DNA of 63,372 bases, counting the filler. It is 6 parts of 6 records of this genome, joined end to end, with 100 filler letters (N's around TTAATTAATTAA, not from the genome) between each part and the next. Parts side by side here need not be neighbours in the genome. Positions count along the whole stretch, not along the records: positions 24,742 to 30,007 come from SRR31156797_7411; positions 30,108 to 41,122 come from SRR31156797_7415; 4 more parts are not named here. One strand, given 5' to 3'. Shown piece after piece: positions 28,505-39,069 of this stretch. Numbering within the stretch: position 1 is the stretch's first letter; each line of letters begins with the position of its first letter. A program made the translations under genes and the position numbers. The notes beneath the pieces were generated by a model. That model did not search any database. It was not told where the DNA came from and worked only from the letters and a program-made list of their open reading frames with translations.

Positions 28505-29537
28505 GCTGGTATTTTTTCACCGCCCGGTTATGGTCCTTAAGATTCTTTGAAAATTGATGGGTGGTATCGTTTTTTGAGACAAAAAAGAGATAATCGCTTT
28601 TTGCCGGGTAAAGGGCTGCTTCAAGGGCCTTTGCCCCGGGGCTTGCAATGGGACCTAAAGGGAGGCCGCGGATCTGATAGGTGTTGTATGGGGTGACCCG
28701 CCTTAGATGGCGATACCGGATCCGGCCGTGGTAATCGTCCACCCCGTAAATGACGGTGGGGTCACTTTCCAGCCGCATCTTTTTTTTCAGTCGGTTGTGA
28801 AAGACAGAAGAGATTAAGGGCCGTTCAGAGGCGTCTCCAGTTTCTTTTTCAATGATGGAGGCCAGTGTCACGATCTCGTGGATAGTAAAACCAAGTTCCC
28901 CGGCCCGGGCTTCCCATTCCGGGGTAAAGGTCTGTTTGAAGGTTAAGGCCATTTTTTCAATGAGTTGACGGCAGGTGGTGTCTTTGGGAAAAAAATAGGT
29001 GTCGGGGTATAAATACCCCTCCAGGGTAATGCCGGAAAGGCCCAGCTCCCGGATCAGTTCTTTATCCCGGCACAGAGCCCCAAAGGCTTTTTCGGTGCAG
29101 AATCCCGAATCTTGGGCAAGTCCTGCGATTTCCGTCATGTTTAGGCCTTCGGGGACGGTGAATCTGTATAGTTTGACACGGCCTGAGACAAGGATGGAAA
29201 GAATTTTATCCGGGGAAAATGAGGGGGATAATTCATATTCTCCTGTTTTGACCAGGGTGGCGGCTTTTTGAGATAGGGCATAGAGCTTAAATTTGAAATC
29301 GTCTTTTATCAGTCCCTCTTGTTTCAGGTTTCGGCTAATAGTGCCCAGCCCCTGGCCGGACGAGACGGTGAAAGTCCGCAGGCTTCCCTTGGGATCGGCA
29401 GGGGCGTTGACAAATGCCCTCATCCACACAAGCCCTGTCCCTGCAGCAAGGGCCGCCCCAAGGCAGATCAGGATAAGGAGGAGAATGGCCGGTTTGGCGG
29501 TTTTATTGTCTTTTTTCAGCGTCAATTTTGGTCCCAT
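28494..29537 (-). CDS. mltG: Endolytic transglycosylase MltG
   Basis: N-terminal TM helix, TVPEG, LEGYLYPDTY, LASIIEKET, NRL...L.SDPTVIY, PYNTY..GLP.GPI..PG, YLFFV; start codon uncertain. Confidence 0.95.
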   Translation of the reverse strand: MGPKLTLKKDNKTAKPAILLLILICLGAALAAGTGLVWMRAFVNAPADPKGSLRTFTVSSGQGLGTISRNLKQEGLIKDDFKFKLYALSQKAATLVKTGEYELSPSFSPDKILSILVSGRVKLYRFTVPEGLNMTEIAGLAQDSGFCTEKAFGALCRDKELIRELGLSGITLEGYLYPDTYFFPKDTTCRQLIEKMALTFKQTFTPEWEARAGELGFTIHEIVTLASIIEKETGDASERPLISSVFHNRLKKKMRLESDPTVIYGVDDYHGRIRYRHLRRVTPYNTYQIRGLPLGPIASPGAKALEAALYPAKSDYLFFVSKNDTTHQFSKNLKDHNRAVKKYQLNR

Positions 29538-29571
29538 AAAAAAAGTCTGCCCGGCATCATACCGGGCAGAC
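29538..29571 (-). terminator. Intrinsic terminator after the FAD oxidoreductase gene
   Basis: GTCTGCCCGG-7 nt-CCGGGCAGAC, a perfect 10-bp stem followed by T7 on the minus strand. Confidence 0.8.
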
Positions 29572-29595
29572 CTGTGAATTATCGACTACATCGAA

Positions 29596-30007
29596 TTATT
29601 TGGCAATGGGGAAATCCACATCCGGATCATAACAGATCCTGCAGCAGTTCAGGCAGCGGGATGCTTCCCGGTGCGCCTCTTCTTCGGGCAGTACCAGATC
29701 CACTTCAATCATGGAATCCAGACGCTGGTCCACATGGATCTCCGGCATTTTTGCCCGTTTTATGGGGGTGATTCCGTCCACGGAAGTGAAAATGGATTCA
29801 TGGATCCGTTTTTGCTGGAGGGAATCCACCGGGGGTTCAACCGGTTTCCCCTTGAGAAAGAGGTCTATGGATCTGGCTGCCCTCCGGCCGGAACCGATGG
29901 CATCCACCACCAGTGCAGGGCCGGTGGCGGCATCACCTGCGGTAAAAATGTAGGGAACCGAGGCCTGGAGGGTGGTGGGATCATTATCAATGGTGTTCCA
30001 CCGGGTC
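29596..30007 (-). CDS. GltD-like FAD-dependent oxidoreductase, 3' end (partial)
   Basis: Frame open from the linker: IFTAGDAATGPALVVDAIGSGRRAARSID...EASRCLNC. Confidence 0.82.
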
Positions 30008-30107
30008 NNNNNNNNNNNNNNNNNNNNNNNNNNNNNNNNNNNNNNNNNNNNTTAATTAATTAANNNNNNNNNNNNNNNNNNNNNNNNNNNNNNNNNNNNN
30101 NNNNNNN
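30008..30107. other. Artificial contig linker
   Basis: 44 N + TTAATTAATTAA + 44 N. Confidence 0.98.
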
Positions 30108-30205
30108 TTTTCTCATGCTTATATTATATCATTATGGGCGCTTTTGAGCCACTCCCCTTAATATTGTTACTAATACAAACTATATGCCAAATATTTTACA
30201 GACAA

Positions 30206-30235
30206 AATGAGCTAGCCATTGTAAACTAGCTCATT
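30206..30235 (-). terminator. Intrinsic terminator after tkt
   Basis: AATGAGCTAG-10 nt-CTAGCTCATT, a perfect 10-bp stem running into Ts on the minus strand. Confidence 0.7.
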
Positions 30236-30255
30236 ATTGTTATTAGGTTAAAATA

Positions 30256-32244
30256 TTATTTATTCTTCGCAACAGTTTTCTTTGCGGCTTCAACAACAGA
30301 TGAAGTTACAATCCCAAACTTCTCAAATACCTGTTTAGCAGGACCTGAAGCACCCCATGATTTCATGCATACTACTTCGCCGTCTAAGCCAGTATATTTA
30401 TACCAGCCAAAGCTAGATGCTGCTTCTACAGCTACACGTGCACGTACAGAGTTTGGCAGCACGCTCTCCTTGTAATCATCTGACTGCTTATCAAATGTTT
30501 CAAGAGAAGGCATTGATACAACACGAACATCCAGCCCTTCAGCTGTCAATTCCTCTTTTGCATTCATACACAATTCTACTTCGCTACCGCTTGCAATCAG
30601 AATAACATCTGGTGTAGATTTACTATCGCTGATAATATAAGCACCTTTCTTTACGCCTTCAGAAGAAGATGTATCATAGTTAGGCAGGTTCTGACGAGTA
30701 AGAACAAGAGCTGTAGGACCATCGTTCTCCAGAGCGAAAAGCCAAGCTGAAGCTGTTTCCTTTGCATCAGCAGGACGCATAACAGTCATCTCAGGAATTG
30801 AACGAAGCGATGCCAACTGTTCGATTGGCTGATGGGTAGGACCATCTTCACCAACACCGATTGAGTCATGAGTTAGTATATAAATAAGTGACTGATTCAT
30901 CATAGCAGACAGTCTTATTGAATGCTTCATATAGTCAGAGAATACGAAGAATGTAGCAACATATGAGCGTAGTCCACCATGAAGCATAATACCGTTACCG
31001 ATAGCTGCCATAGCATGCTCACGAACACCAAAGTGAATATTCTTGCCTTCTGGGGTTTCAGCAGAGAAATCACCTGCACCGCTCATATTTGATTTATTAC
31101 TTGGAGCAAGGTCAGCTGAACCGCCGAATAAATTTGGCAGTTTCTTTGCTAATCTGTTTAGTACAACACCTGATGAAGCTCTGGTTGCCATTGGTTTATC
31201 AAAGCTAAATAGTTCTTCATCATCCCAAAGGTCAGGGGTTTCACCAGCCATAGCTGATTTATATTCAACAGCTAGTTCTGGATATTTTGCTTCATATTCT
31301 GCAAATAGTTTATTCCATGCATCTTCAGCAGCCTCACCACTTGCAGTAACTTCTGCAGTAGCATCATACACTTCCTGCGGTACATAGAATGGCTTATCCA
31401 AAGGCCAGTCAAGATTCTTCTTAGTTTCTTCTACTCCATCAGCTCCAAGTGGTGCACCATGTACATCATGTGTACCTTGCTTTGATGGGCAGCCATAACC
31501 AATTGTAGTATGAGTTACAATTAGTGATGGACGCTTGGTATCAGATTTTGCTTCCTTAATAGCGGCAGTAATAGCGTCTACATCATTGCCGTCAGCTACA
31601 TCTATTACCTGCCAGCCATATGCTTCATAGCGTTTGTTTACATCTTCTCTGAATGAAATATCTGTATTGCCTTCGATAGAAATTTCATTGTCATCATAAA
31701 TTGCTATTAGTTTACCTAATTCCAATGTCCCTGCTAATGATGATGCTTCTCCTGAAATTCCTTCCATCATACAACCGTCGCCCATTAATACATATGTATA
31801 GTGGTCAACAATATTCATGCCGTCTTTGTTGTACTTTGCACCTAAATGCTTTTCAGCCATAGCAAATCCTACCGCATTTGCTATACCTTGTCCCAATGGA
31901 CCTGTTGTGACTTCTACGCCAACTGTATGACCATATTCAGGGTGACCTGCAGTCTTTGAACCTAGTTGACGGAAATTCTTTAAATCATCAGTTGTGATTC
32001 CATAGTTGAATAAATGCAGCAGAGAATAAATCAGCATAGAACCATGACCGGCTGATAATACGAATCTATCTCTGTTATCCCATTTTGGATTTTTGCCATT
32101 ATGAACCATGTTCTCTCCCCAAACTGCAAAAGCTGCTGGTGCAGCTCCCATTGGAAGACCTGGATGTCCAGAATTAGCTGCCTGTACACCTTCTGCAGAA
32201 AGTATCCTGATAGCATTTACTATTCTTTGTTTTGTGTTACTCAT
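30256..32244 (-). CDS. tkt: Transketolase
   Basis: SGHPG, DRFVLSAGH, GHPEYG, TTGPLGQG, GDGC..EG, GVREHAM, THDSIGVGEDGPTHQP. Confidence 0.97.
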   Translation of the reverse strand: MSNTKQRIVNAIRILSAEGVQAANSGHPGLPMGAAPAAFAVWGENMVHNGKNPKWDNRDRFVLSAGHGSMLIYSLLHLFNYGITTDDLKNFRQLGSKTAGHPEYGHTVGVEVTTGPLGQGIANAVGFAMAEKHLGAKYNKDGMNIVDHYTYVLMGDGCMMEGISGEASSLAGTLELGKLIAIYDDNEISIEGNTDISFREDVNKRYEAYGWQVIDVADGNDVDAITAAIKEAKSDTKRPSLIVTHTTIGYGCPSKQGTHDVHGAPLGADGVEETKKNLDWPLDKPFYVPQEVYDATAEVTASGEAAEDAWNKLFAEYEAKYPELAVEYKSAMAGETPDLWDDEELFSFDKPMATRASSGVVLNRLAKKLPNLFGGSADLAPSNKSNMSGAGDFSAETPEGKNIHFGVREHAMAAIGNGIMLHGGLRSYVATFFVFSDYMKHSIRLSAMMNQSLIYILTHDSIGVGEDGPTHQPIEQLASLRSIPEMTVMRPADAKETASAWLFALENDGPTALVLTRQNLPNYDTSSSEGVKKGAYIISDSKSTPDVILIASGSEVELCMNAKEELTAEGLDVRVVSMPSLETFDKQSDDYKESVLPNSVRARVAVEAASSFGWYKYTGLDGEVVCMKSWGASGPAKQVFEKFGIVTSSVVEAAKKTVAKNK

Positions 32245-32317
32245 GTAGTACCTCCATAATATTTACAATTAGCTGATAAGTATTAACAGCAATGTTCTTT
32301 ATACCTTTATCTGCTAA

Positions 32318-33010
32318 TTAAAAACTAAAATTAAATCGAATTTCTCTGCCCAGTACAAAATCATACAATGGTACAAGACTGATAAATGCATCTTCTACCA
32401 TTTTATGAAGCTCATCTGTAAAGCATAAATTGTCAAGCGGTCTATCATAGGATACATAAAAAGACTTCTTATTATACCACTTTTCAATTTTATCAGGTAA
32501 ATCATGGGAGTTTTTCTTGCGAACGTAATCCTCGCCATGTAATATATACTTCTGATTATCTAGGGAATTAATCACTTTTAAGAATGTTTCTATATTACCA
32601 TCAATCCTATCTCGGAAGTCCTGCATCTGCTGTGCACGAGCACCATAATAGCCAATACCGACCCCATAATGCTCAACATCAAAGTAGAAGTAATATGTAA
32701 AGTATTCAGTATTACCTTTGTCAATTGGTTTATACGACATCCACATATTATTTCTATACGGTTCACCTTTTGCGTATCTTGCATCTTTTCGAATGCGACA
32801 AAGTACTCTCTGATGTCTGGTATCCAAATCAGGGTCAATTTTATTTATTAATGGTTTCAAAAGTGTATTTAACTGCTGCAGAGGTTCCTTCACGTGCACC
32901 ACAAACTGCTCTTTATTTGCATTAAAGAACAATGGATCGTTGTTTTGACCAAGAGCATCCAGGAACACTATCCCCTCTCTATGTAAGCCAGTAAACGTAT
33001 CACTTTCCAA
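32318..33010 (-). CDS. DUF2461 family protein
   Basis: FL..L..NN...FF.ANKE and RIRKDARY...PY motifs; TTG start. Confidence 0.75.
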   Translation of the reverse strand: MESDTFTGLHREGIVFLDALGQNNDPLFFNANKEQFVVHVKEPLQQLNTLLKPLINKIDPDLDTRHQRVLCRIRKDARYAKGEPYRNNMWMSYKPIDKGNTEYFTYYFYFDVEHYGVGIGYYGARAQQMQDFRDRIDGNIETFLKVINSLDNQKYILHGEDYVRKKNSHDLPDKIEKWYNKKSFYVSYDRPLDNLCFTDELHKMVEDAFISLVPLYDFVLGREIRFNFSF

Positions 33011-33011
33011 T

Positions 33012-34496
33012 TTAGTAGTCTCTCCTATTTCTAGCTATAACTCGTAAGATTAATATCAACAGCAGTATTGCAATAATACTAAGTCCTATAGCTACTATTT
33101 TCTTTAAATCACCAAATAATTCATTATCTTCATCGTTAATTTGATTATCTACATGTCCATTTACCTGAGTATTAGTACTGCTGTTATCCTCTGTATTAGT
33201 ATTTACTACAATATCAATTGGCGTTGTACTGATAGACTGAGGTTTGCCTAATGAATTTGTAAGACTTAGTGTAAAGAAATAGCTACCACTTTCCTCAATG
33301 TTCATTTTATATTGAAATTTTGTAGGTCCGGGTAATAGGCTTTCTATTGTCTCAATTTCATTACCAACATTATCAACAATAACAACATGCATGTATGTAT
33401 CACTTGACTCATTGTTAATACTAATATCGAAGCTTACTATCCCTGGATTATCAAGCACAACTGTACTAGCTGCTGCATCAAATGTAATCAAAAGCGGCGA
33501 TGCCTCAATATCTATAACCATATCCAGACTTTTCTCAGCCAGCCATTCCACTTCACCGCCGTTATCGCCAACTGCAGTAAATTTATATTCTTTTCCGGAT
33601 TCGATTGTCATTTCATATGTCTTTGTAATATTGTCCCCAGCTGCCAGACCATCAATTGCAAACAGTTCTCCAATTGTACTTTCATTTATAATAAGATTCT
33701 CTAAATCAGCTGTACCGCTATTTGTAACCTTAATAGCTATGCTTACCGCTTCACCATCTGACGCTGATTCTTTGTTGGGAATTAACTCGATTCCCAGTTC
33801 AGGAGAGCCTGATGTGACCTGCTGACCAGTTAGGGTATCTACATAACCTTGTGAGCCCACATTATATTCAATCTTTGGGTAAGAAGTAAATCCATCTCCA
33901 ATAGTAATATTCTTTTCAACAACTGTATTCTGACCAGTTTTTAGTATGGGAAGTGTTTTAATCTCGCCTACTGCTTCATCGGATATCACTAAATTTTCAA
34001 TATGTACATCTCCAACATTCTTAACAGTGTAAGTAGCTAATACTGTATCAGTCTTATCGCCAGATAATTTGGATAATGTACGTGTAAACTCTACCTTTGG
34101 CTGAGTGTTTTCAACTGTGTTAAACTGTACGGTAAAGGGTTTGGATACACTTGTAACACCGCTTTCTGAATACCTTAAAGTCAAATTAACTCCATATATT
34201 TCACTGCTGTCAACACTTAGCTGACCAGCTTTTGTTACATCTTCTCCAGCGTAAACATTACCAATATCTATTATTTTTACATCATCCTTGTATACAGCGG
34301 CATCAGTCATAGAATACGCAGAATTCCTATCATGTGATATTGACACTGTAAGCATTACTTCACCGCCAACACTTGGTATGGATGTTGGATCTGTACTGTA
34401 AGTAAATGTATAGTAATCATCTGCCAGTGCACTGACGGCAGGAATAAATAATACTAGTAAAGCTGATATAAATATTATTCTTCTAATGAGTTTCAA
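33012..34496 (-). CDS. Surface protein with repeated Ig-like domains and C-terminal TM anchor
   Basis: Signal peptide; repeats YTVKNVGDVHIENL, IKVTNSGTADLENL, ISINNES; C-terminal hydrophobic helix followed by basic residues. Confidence 0.7.
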   Translation of the reverse strand: MKLIRRIIFISALLVLFIPAVSALADDYYTFTYSTDPTSIPSVGGEVMLTVSISHDRNSAYSMTDAAVYKDDVKIIDIGNVYAGEDVTKAGQLSVDSSEIYGVNLTLRYSESGVTSVSKPFTVQFNTVENTQPKVEFTRTLSKLSGDKTDTVLATYTVKNVGDVHIENLVISDEAVGEIKTLPILKTGQNTVVEKNITIGDGFTSYPKIEYNVGSQGYVDTLTGQQVTSGSPELGIELIPNKESASDGEAVSIAIKVTNSGTADLENLIINESTIGELFAIDGLAAGDNITKTYEMTIESGKEYKFTAVGDNGGEVEWLAEKSLDMVIDIEASPLLITFDAAASTVVLDNPGIVSFDISINNESSDTYMHVVIVDNVGNEIETIESLLPGPTKFQYKMNIEESGSYFFTLSLTNSLGKPQSISTTPIDIVVNTNTEDNSSTNTQVNGHVDNQINDEDNELFGDLKKIVAIGLSIIAILLLILILRVIARNRRDY

Positions 34497-35613
34497 CGCT
34501 CTCTCCTATTTCTGCCCGACGATAAGCCAGCAATAGGTCAACCATTCGACCATAGCTTCTAACACCGTCTTCCTGATCATTGTGTTCAAGATAGGCATTG
34601 TTTACTTCAGTTGCAGTCTCTGCAATCTTTCCCTCATATTGTTTCCAGAATTCACTGTTTGCTCTCAAATCTGTTCTTAGTCTGTCATTATACATTTGTT
34701 TTAATCGAGTAAATTCGTCTTTATCGTATTTATATAATTCATTCATTGAATGAATCAAAGCAAGTATAGTACCTGAATACTTCAAATAATCATCATCAGT
34801 ATTGCTCAGCACTAAGTATGAAGCAAAGTTTGCTTCGTCTTCTCTTGCCAGTCCTCTTTGATGAGCTGATTCATGGGCAGCCGTAGCACCTATCATCATT
34901 GGCATTATAGCAGTATTTACATTTGCTTCACAAGTAAACGGAATAAATATTCCAGTCACCTCAGTATAGCACATTTTCTCGCTAAGCCAAATATCTTTCG
35001 GATTACTATAGTTACCCTTAAATATATCAATTTCTTCTCCCATTTCTCTGTATGCTTCGTTAATCTTTTCAAAAACTAAATCCAGTGAATATGGTAGCTG
35101 AGTAATATCATTTCTATTAGTTTCCTGCAGATTGCTCAACTCATTAGCATCATTTATTAAGTCTTCACATAAATCTACTAATTCATCTGAGCTTACCTCC
35201 TCTATTTCTAATCCCATAATCTCTGATAAAGGCTGGCGATAATAATTTAGTCCCCAGAGTCCATAGAACAGGAAATATCCTACACTGGCAACTGCTATTA
35301 TTGTAACAATATAATTAAAAAATTTGTATGCAGTATTTTTATTACTTGCTAAAGTCAATATAAGTCCTAAAGGAACAATGATAATAGCTATATAAAATAT
35401 TATCTCTGCTACAGACCATGCAAATGGAGAAGACGCAAAAGTAACAATCTGCGATACCACAGGATATATCTTCCTGCTGTACAGCATTTCCACCTTATCA
35501 GTATTATCCTCCGCCCAGCTAACCATCACTAAAGTCAGTGGAAAAAATAAGAAATATATAAATTTATAGATTATATTTAATATTGATTTTTTCTTTTTTT
35601 TATTTCTTACCAT
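34483..35613 (-). CDS. DUF3810 family membrane protein, possible zinc peptidase
   Basis: Motifs YSRKIYP, WGLNYYR, GIFIPFT.EA, HESAHQRG.AREDEANF (HExxH), SYGRMVDLL. Confidence 0.85.
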   Translation of the reverse strand: MVRNKKKKKSILNIIYKFIYFLFFPLTLVMVSWAEDNTDKVEMLYSRKIYPVVSQIVTFASSPFAWSVAEIIFYIAIIIVPLGLILTLASNKNTAYKFFNYIVTIIAVASVGYFLFYGLWGLNYYRQPLSEIMGLEIEEVSSDELVDLCEDLINDANELSNLQETNRNDITQLPYSLDLVFEKINEAYREMGEEIDIFKGNYSNPKDIWLSEKMCYTEVTGIFIPFTCEANVNTAIMPMMIGATAAHESAHQRGLAREDEANFASYLVLSNTDDDYLKYSGTILALIHSMNELYKYDKDEFTRLKQMYNDRLRTDLRANSEFWKQYEGKIAETATEVNNAYLEHNDQEDGVRSYGRMVDLLLAYRRAEIGESVETH

Positions 35614-36346
35614 TTTCTTTCATCCCTATAATAGAATTATCATTTGTTGCTGCTATCTCCTGTCCAGGTTCTAAGACTAAGAACCTTTCACTATCCCAAT
35701 TACCATTTATGAAATCATACAAGAGCTTTGAAGACCCTGCTTCTTCTGTATATTCCCACTCAAGATAGTCAGCACATTCTTTTGTGTATTTAATATATTT
35801 TTCATTACGTCCATCATCAAATTCTTTCCATCTGATAAATGTCGCACAGTTATACTCCTGCATCCAGTTTTGTTCCATATCAATTAGATACTTAGCATTT
35901 TCTTCACCGAAATTATCTACATATTCCTGATATATTTTCTCGTATCTTTCCTTACTGGGCTGTAGTGTATGGTCAATCCAACCGCTTGAATACCAATATA
36001 TACCACCATCATGTCTATTAAAAACTTCTTCATATTTTTCTTTAGAACCTAAAAGCATTGTAATACAATCATGACCTCTTGGGATAACAATAGGTGTATT
36101 AATAGCTTTAATTCCTATAACTCCATTACTGCACAGACCATACGCTAATAAAATAGCATCATACCTACTATTTTCATTTTCTACATCTACAATGGATTCT
36201 TTCAATATTTGATTTAGTTTTTCTGGTGTATTGTGCAGCTCCTGCTCCATAAAGCAGATATCTACAATATTATCACTGACAGCTGCCAAAGTGTACAGCT
36301 CCTTCATCATGACCTTGCACCCTAAAACTTTATACTTTTTCATCAT
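35600..36346 (-). CDS. DUF1638 family protein
   Basis: Motifs GCKVM, LHNTPEKL, LAYGLCSNG, HDCITMLLGS, GWI, G.W..ERFLV..PG. Confidence 0.82.
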   Translation of the reverse strand: MMKKYKVLGCKVMMKELYTLAAVSDNIVDICFMEQELHNTPEKLNQILKESIVDVENENSRYDAILLAYGLCSNGVIGIKAINTPIVIPRGHDCITMLLGSKEKYEEVFNRHDGGIYWYSSGWIDHTLQPSKERYEKIYQEYVDNFGEENAKYLIDMEQNWMQEYNCATFIRWKEFDDGRNEKYIKYTKECADYLEWEYTEEAGSSKLLYDFINGNWDSERFLVLEPGQEIAATNDNSIIGMKENGKK

Positions 36347-36386
36347 TCCCTCTTATCAAACTACATAATTAGATAAATCTAGCACT

Positions 36387-36415
36387 ATTATAATCTTTTG
36401 AACTGATACTTTCAA
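36387..36415 (-). promoter_or_regulatory. SigA-type promoter of the DUF1638 operon
   Basis: TTGAAA-17 nt-TATAAT about 40 nt upstream of the ATG, with a GAGGG RBS. Confidence 0.68.
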
Positions 36416-36496
36416 GTAAATTAGTCCTGCCATATTTCGTAATTAGGCTCTTGTGTACTGTTACATAGATGATTAACACTTAGTTTACATAAAATA

Positions 36497-36520
36497 TAAA
36501 AACCATCACTATGGATGGTT
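36497..36520 (-). terminator. Intrinsic terminator after the dnaC-like gene
   Basis: AACCATC-6 nt-GATGGTT followed by a T-rich tract on the minus strand. Confidence 0.6.
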
Positions 36521-36564
36521 AAATACAATACTATTTAAATATTATTTCAATTATATGTCAGTAT

Positions 36565-37524
36565 CTAAAATGAACGTAGATCCTTCCCATTAATATTAAC
36601 ACCAATGGTTAGCTTTGCTGACATAAGTCTGGATTGTACTCTATGTCCATACCTTTCCTCGATTTGTGCAGGAATAAGATTGGTACATACTATTATGTGC
36701 AGTTTTTGTCTTAATCTATGTTCAATTATTTCATAAAGAGTTTCCGCTGTCAGATTCTTCTTCATAAGCTCTATACCTAAATCATCAATTATAAGCATTT
36801 CGGCATTTTTCATCATATTCAATACTTTATAATCATTATTTCGCAAAATATTTAGCGCTGCTTCATTTATTCCACTAGCTGTAGTATTCACTACATTGTA
36901 TCCTTTATCAGCTAAATAATTCCCTGCACAGTTTGCAATAAAGCTCTTGCCAACTCCAGTTGTACCCGTCAGCAATATCTGCTTTTTTACATTTTGGGGA
37001 AATTCATTACAATAATTAATCATAAAATCCCGCAAATCTTCCATGAATTTTTTTTGAGTTCTGCCCTTTTTATCTATCTCATCTTTATCTGGAAATATAT
37101 TAATATCAAATGAACTAAAAGTGCATTCAGAATCATTATTATTGCTTTCAATAGTTAGTTTTGCGGCCTTATTCTTAACACAAACGCAGTATTCCTTTTT
37201 GTTTTCTCCAACGTAACCTGTATCCATGCATATTTTGCAGTCGAATTCAATCTCAAAATCTCTGATATCCATTCCTGATATTTTACAGTACTTCTTTAAA
37301 TTATCATTATACTCTTTATGTGCTGAATTCAAATCATTCTTACTACCATTTATACTGTCTTTGATGCTCTTTGCCATCGCTTTTGCATGCTTGGTTCTCA
37401 CTTCTTTAAATTCTGGACAAATATCAATCAGCTTTGCATAATTATCCGCTATCTGCTTCTCTTTCAAATTCCTCTTTGCAGAATACTCAGCTATTATATT
37501 ATCAAGTATTGTATCTTTAGCCAC
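36565..37524 (-). CDS. DnaC/DnaI-like helicase loader ATPase (IstB-like domain)
   Basis: Zn motif CKICMDTGY...CVC, Walker A GTTGVGKS, Walker B LIIDDLG, TNL, SRL; likely GTG start after GGAGG. Confidence 0.85.
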   Translation of the reverse strand: MAKDTILDNIIAEYSAKRNLKEKQIADNYAKLIDICPEFKEVRTKHAKAMAKSIKDSINGSKNDLNSAHKEYNDNLKKYCKISGMDIRDFEIEFDCKICMDTGYVGENKKEYCVCVKNKAAKLTIESNNNDSECTFSSFDINIFPDKDEIDKKGRTQKKFMEDLRDFMINYCNEFPQNVKKQILLTGTTGVGKSFIANCAGNYLADKGYNVVNTTASGINEAALNILRNNDYKVLNMMKNAEMLIIDDLGIELMKKNLTAETLYEIIEHRLRQKLHIIVCTNLIPAQIEERYGHRVQSRLMSAKLTIGVNINGKDLRSF

Positions 37525-38936
37525 TATACTTCCTCCATAGCCTCCCAAATTCTGGCATAGTCATCCTCTGTATAGTTGTGAGACATTACACCATCATTAA
37601 TATTACTTTTACCTATATTTATTTTCTTTTTGCTGCTGCCATTTTCCAATATTGCATTCATATAGGATATCTTTCCCTGTGCATCTATGGATTGCTTTGC
37701 AGCTTTTAATATTTGATTTTTAGTAAATCCCTTTTCAATCCAATCTGTATATACCCGAACTTCATTAGACTTTGGCTGCCGGTTCATACCCCATTGTGAT
37801 ATCATTTCCTTTGTACACTTAAGTATTTCATCCAGATAATCAGCTCTCTTAATTAAAGCATTATCATCTTTATCGCCTTTGCTGTTCCATTTGACAATAA
37901 CATCATAGAAACTCTCCACTTCACGAATACCATGTTTATATAAGCTTTTTGCAACCTTTACCAATGCTTCTTGGCTATAGCCAAGGCTTTCAAGCTGTTT
38001 ATAATACTGTTCAATCTTTTCATTTATTGTTGTTTTATTGGAAACAGCCTTTGCAAAGTCCTTAATCCTGCTGGTTTTCTCGTAATAATTCTTAGCATCT
38101 TCTACCGTCTTTATTCCCTTTTGATACCAGCTAAATAGTATAGAGTCCAGATATTTGAACTTATTTCCACTGATACCAACCATATTTTTTCTAGCCTCTG
38201 TTATGGCTTGCTCAGAGATTTCCCAAGTCTGAATCCACTTATCATAGAGTCTAATTTCATCAACAGTTGCAATACGATTTTCATTCCATGCATTTAATAG
38301 TGTTGTAGCACCTGATGATTTAGCAGAACTAGTCAGAAGATACTTCTCAGCTTCTTTATAGGTTGAAACTCCTTGGTCATTCATATTGTTAATGACTTTG
38401 TCAATATACGAGAAATGAACCCATCTTCCCTTTTTTTCGATACAGTATGACACAACCAAAGCAATCATCTCCTGTGACCATTGGAGATTTGTTGCCCATG
38501 CTAGGACTTTCTTTGTGTCAGAAGTGTTCAGCAGTCTCCTTCCGCCGAATGACTGCTGTATCTGCATTATCAAATCCTGATTGTTTGTCGTAATAGGCTT
38601 CTTTGGTGCCTCATTTTGAAGCATATGCTTAATGTTCTTTACTTTAACAGAAAAAGGTCTTCTGCTTACAATCTCAATAAGAGAAAGCTGTGCCCAATAC
38701 ACCAATGCTTTCTTAACTTCGTCTTCTTCCATCGATAGCTCTTTAGCGATGTCTACATCGTTCATTGATTCACTGGGAAAGTAGCACATATTCAAGACGT
38801 ATAAATATACTTTTACAAAATCTCCTGGTGCCATTGTCATATACTCAGAAATAAATAAGTTTTCAACAGGTGTTACATCAAATAGTGAACTGCCCTCTGC
38901 AAATCCTAGAACCTTCATCAAATTCCCCCAAATCAT
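37524..38936 (-). CDS. DnaD/DnaB-domain replication protein
   Basis: N-terminal VENLFISEYM..APGDFVKVYLY; repeated DnaB_2-like YIDKVI, YLDSILFSW, YMNAILEN; coupled to the loader ATPase. Confidence 0.85.
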   Translation of the reverse strand: MIWGNLMKVLGFAEGSSLFDVTPVENLFISEYMTMAPGDFVKVYLYVLNMCYFPSESMNDVDIAKELSMEEDEVKKALVYWAQLSLIEIVSRRPFSVKVKNIKHMLQNEAPKKPITTNNQDLIMQIQQSFGGRRLLNTSDTKKVLAWATNLQWSQEMIALVVSYCIEKKGRWVHFSYIDKVINNMNDQGVSTYKEAEKYLLTSSAKSSGATTLLNAWNENRIATVDEIRLYDKWIQTWEISEQAITEARKNMVGISGNKFKYLDSILFSWYQKGIKTVEDAKNYYEKTSRIKDFAKAVSNKTTINEKIEQYYKQLESLGYSQEALVKVAKSLYKHGIREVESFYDVIVKWNSKGDKDDNALIKRADYLDEILKCTKEMISQWGMNRQPKSNEVRVYTDWIEKGFTKNQILKAAKQSIDAQGKISYMNAILENGSSKKKINIGKSNINDGVMSHNYTEDDYARIWEAMEEV

Positions 38937-39069
38937 ATCCCCTAAAAAGTATTACTATATTATCATATTTTGGCGGAAAAATGTAGTGTGATTTTATATA
39001 GAATTTACACTGAAATAATTATTTAATATTATTACCTGATTTTTATAACAGTTTACAATACAAAAACTT

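Noticed and set aside
30108..30131. TG-A-TATAAT six nt before an ATG on the minus strand (possible leaderless gene)
   Set aside because: Only three codons remain before the linker, so the gene cannot be supported
36565..37524. IstB-like ATPase as an IS21 element or prophage gene
   Set aside because: No IstA or phage genes; it is coupled to a DnaD-domain gene among housekeeping genes, the normal clostridial arrangement
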